In this document: positions 60,928 through 64,000 of the stretch, piece by piece
Position numbering within the stretch: position 1 is the first letter of the stretch
How the letters are laid out: the number at the start of each line of letters is the position of its first letter
Source: Candidatus Bathyarchaeota archaeon
Lineage (GTDB): Archaea; Thermoproteota; Bathyarchaeia; Bathyarchaeales; Bathycorpusculaceae
Reading direction: 5' to 3'
DNA: 64,000 nt
NCBI GenBank assembly: GCA_963768425.1
Contig: CAVYHV010000030.1
Span: 1-64,000 of the forward strand
The notes under the pieces: model-generated
Told to the model about the DNA's origin: nothing
The model's database searches: none
Seen by the model: only the letters and a program-made list of their open reading frames with translations
Program-made: the position numbers and the translations under genes

Positions 60928-61983
60928 CTAATATCTTATCCGCGGATCAACCAGAGCGTACACTATGTCCACTATCAAGTTTGCAAACATAAGAATGAGC
61001 CCGAAAAGCAGGGCGGCAGACATGATGCCTCCTATATCGCTAACGAGAAGTGCTTGCGTTGTCCAGTAGCCTATTCCTGGATAATTAAATATGGTCTCCA
61101 CCACGACTGCTCCTCCTAAAAGGCCAGCTACGGTATAGCCGAAAAGAGTAATTACCGGCAATAGAGCGTTCTTCCGTGCGTGAAGGTTAATCACTGACCG
61201 TTCAGAGATACCTTTGGATCTTGCCAGCCTAATGTAATCCTGATCTAATACTTCAAGCATTGAAGATCTGAGTATTCTTATCATGCTGGCAACTATGGCC
61301 AGCGCAAGCGTGACAGATGGCAGGATAAGATGAAGAAACGCATCACCCGCTATGCCCCATGCGCCGTGAATGATTGCGTCTATGAGAATTATATGTGTGG
61401 GGTATGAGATGCCGTTGACGTACCACGATGCAGATGAAACCGAAACTGGGTTAACGACACCTGAGAAAGGAAGTATCTTTAGGTAGACGCCTACAAGAAG
61501 GATCAACACTATGCCGATGAGATATATGGGCATTGCATACAGCGTGAAGGATCCGATTCGTAATGTATGGTCAGCTGGTGAGTCCCTGTTTACAGCTGAA
61601 TAGACTCCCAGTGGGACGCCGATTACCCAGATCAAAATTGATGCTACGACGGAAATCATAAGTGTGTTCGGGAGAAAAAGTGCTATGGCGGTGTTTACTT
61701 GCCAGCTGAATATGGGCGTGTTAGTGACGCCCCAGTTGCCTTGCAGTATTTGCCATAGCCAGTAAAAATATTGAATGTAAATTGGCTGATTAAGGTGAAA
61801 TTGGTTTGTGAGCTGTTGAACAAGTATTTGCCTTGCAGCCCCTGTTAGTTTAGGGCTTATGTATTCTGATAAAATAACGTTTGTTCCGCTTACGTGGGAT
61901 AGAATGAAGACTATGAAAGTAAGTCCGATTAAAGTCGGAATGAGAAGCAATAACCGCCTAATGATGTATACCCAAAGGCGCAT
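60928..61983 (-). CDS. Oligopeptide ABC permease (OppB/DppB)
   Basis: YIIRRLL, HLILP, DYIRLARSKG, ETIFNYPGIG, DPRIRY. Confidence 0.93.
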   Translation of the reverse strand: MRLWVYIIRRLLLLIPTLIGLTFIVFILSHVSGTNVILSEYISPKLTGAARQILVQQLTNQFHLNQPIYIQYFYWLWQILQGNWGVTNTPIFSWQVNTAIALFLPNTLMISVVASILIWVIGVPLGVYSAVNRDSPADHTLRIGSFTLYAMPIYLIGIVLILLVGVYLKILPFSGVVNPVSVSSASWYVNGISYPTHIILIDAIIHGAWGIAGDAFLHLILPSVTLALAIVASMIRILRSSMLEVLDQDYIRLARSKGISERSVINLHARKNALLPVITLFGYTVAGLLGGAVVVETIFNYPGIGYWTTQALLVSDIGGIMSAALLFGLILMFANLIVDIVYALVDPRIRY

Positions 61984-62026
61984 GATGGAATCGCTCCAAA
62001 GAAAAAAAAGGGAACTTAGGAAGAGC

Positions 62027-64000
62027 TTATCCTTTGACCCACCAATAGAAGATTGAGTCTGCAGCTCCGCCTATCATTGGGTTCTCTTCTGATTGTATCC
62101 CGTTGTATCCTTTCATGTATGGCTTAATTACCCAGAAGGAACTGGGTTGCTGAGCATAAACGTACATGTACAGGTTTATTGCGCTCTGTTCTACCAGCTT
62201 GTAGTCTGCAGCTGATTGAGTTGAAGTCGTTGCGGCGTCTGCCTGTTGAATTTCCGTGTTCAGTTGTTGATATTGACTCGCTTCTGAAGCAAATCCTGCC
62301 GCGGTCAAGCCACTGACTGAGAAGCCAGATGCAGATGGGTAAGTTCCTCCCTGCTCATAGAGTGCGTTGACGAAGTCACTTGGATACGGATAGTCAGCTA
62401 TCCAGCCTAGATAGTAGACCGGCATAGGATTCGTGTTTGCTACTTGCTCGGCCTATAATTGTTGCGAACGGTTCATACTCAACGGTTGCCGTTATGGACG
62501 GGTCCATTTGGTGCAATGCAGCGGCCCACATTTGGGCGCCAGCGTAGTTGATTGTATCGCCAGCTGTGACTATGATCGGAATGGTGACAGCCACATTGGC
62601 TTCTCCTGACTGCTGCATAAGGCTGGTGGCGGTGGCTAAGTCGTAGGTTGGAACGTTCTGAAGTTCGCTGGGCGGCACATAGTATGGTAAGCCTGGAATT
62701 ATTGCGCCCGCGTATCCACTTGCGAAGTCTTCACCGTAAACGTTGTTGCCCACTATTTGGTCTAAGTAGTTGGTATAGTTGAACGAGTCGCAAAATGCTT
62801 CTCGTACGTCTGTGTTAGCGAAGTAGTTTGTTGGCACGTTAAAGTTGCTGCCGAATGTTGATTTCATTAGCGACGTGTCTAGGTTTGTGTTGAATACGTA
62901 GAAGAAGCATGATAGTGATGGCACTTGATAGAGGCTGCTTTGGCCTGATGTAACCATTGACTTGATTGATGGCATATCGCTGTTTGGTAATGCTGTGACG
63001 ATGTCGGCTGATCCGCTTGTGTACAGTAGGTATGCTGTTTCAGGATCTTTGACCCATTGTATTGACACTGTGTTTGTTACTGTGGGTATTCCAGATACGC
63101 CACTCCATCCTGAGTTAGGAGTTAAGACTACCGACTGACCCGGCACATAGCTTTGTATTTGGTAGGGACCGGATGCAACAGGGTTGTTCTGGATCTTAGT
63201 GTTGTAGTTGCCTTCGTTGCCTTGGCTCTGGTAATTGTAGAATCCAGCTGGTGAGAAGGTTATTCCAGCACCGACACTCTGAAGCCAAGATGAATCTAGT
63301 ATTCCTGTTCCAAGCGGGAAGGCTATTGCGGTGAAGAACTGTGCTGAACTTGTGGGTGAGACAAGAGTGAATGTGACTGTATTTTTGCTGCTGTCGTATG
63401 TGACTGCGTTCGTTATCGCGTTGTAATCCTTTGTGTCGCTGGCGCTTGACATTATGGGTATTCCTGCGGTTGCTCCTGGAATCAAGTATTGTGCTAAGAA
63501 TCCAGTCAGGCGTTCCAGGTGCTCCACCGACAAATAACAGGTTCCTGATCATTGTATAGTAGATATCGTAGGCCGTAATTGGATCTCCGTTCGAGAATTT
63601 CTCTCCGCTTCTTATCGTGAAGGTGTATGAGGTGCTGTTTGCGTTTATTCCGCCGTTAGATGTGGATGGAACCGATGCGGCTAACATTGGCAGGAAGTTA
63701 GTTGTTGACGATCCGTCGTAGACGAGAAGTGTTCCCATGGTGTTTAGAATTACTTCATATCCGACAGTTTCGTAATCGATTTGCGGGTCAAATGAGTATG
63801 GACCTCCAGGCACGTTTTCGGCGACGTTTATAACTCCGGCGTTAGGCACTTTGGTGGACTGTGTGTACAGAGCATATGGTTGAGAAGAAGAACTGACTAC
63901 TACAGTGCGTTCAATGGTCGTGCAGTACGTCTGATTTGTAACTGAATTTTCCGTTACAATGGTTAAGCTTACAGGGTAAAGACCCGTCTGGGTATAGGTT
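62027..64000 (-). CDS. Family 5 ABC substrate-binding protein (partial, frameshifts near 63500 and 62440), PKD-like segment at window edge
   Basis: SFDPQIDYE, FSNGDPITAYD, ASGPY, VREAF, GWIADYPYP. Confidence 0.88.

Noticed and set aside
240-61119. Numerous 60-165 aa ORFs antisense to or overlapping identified genes
   Set aside because: Shadow ORFs of real genes with no motifs of their own.

Overview
Archaeal chromosomal window. The gene content and protein style point to Bathyarchaeia (TACK); this is my inference, not a database result. Contents in order: a surface-glycan biosynthesis cluster (~1-13.6 kb); an Fe-S/sulfur operon (degenerate IscS-like, IscU, SufS, small protein); hel308; purB; an inactive RadA paralog; a split glutamate synthase operon divergent from an AbrB-PhoU regulator; an intron-containing tRNA-Glu(CTC); a DUF559 nuclease; a LonC-type protease; a Dph6 plus glutamine amidotransferase pair; serA; glyA; MscS; Pcc1; SemiSWEET; a Tat-exported multicopper oxidase; the rps13-rps4-rps11-rpoD-rpl18e-rpl13-rps9-rpoN cluster; secreted proteins; MFS; threonine aldolase; and an Opp/Dpp ABC operon running off the right edge. 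About ten genes, including purB and lon, carry single-base frameshifts, most likely long-read indel errors. The strongest unexplained signals are two intergenic, TATA-preceded, extensively base-paired candidate ncRNAs (~227 nt at 50488-50714 on +, ~150 nt at 30325-30474 on -) that match no RNA family I recognise. Next are a possible two-desulfurase Fe-S system with a pseudo-enzyme IscS and a possible glutamine-dependent diphthamide synthase. All RNA structures were paired by eye, not computed.
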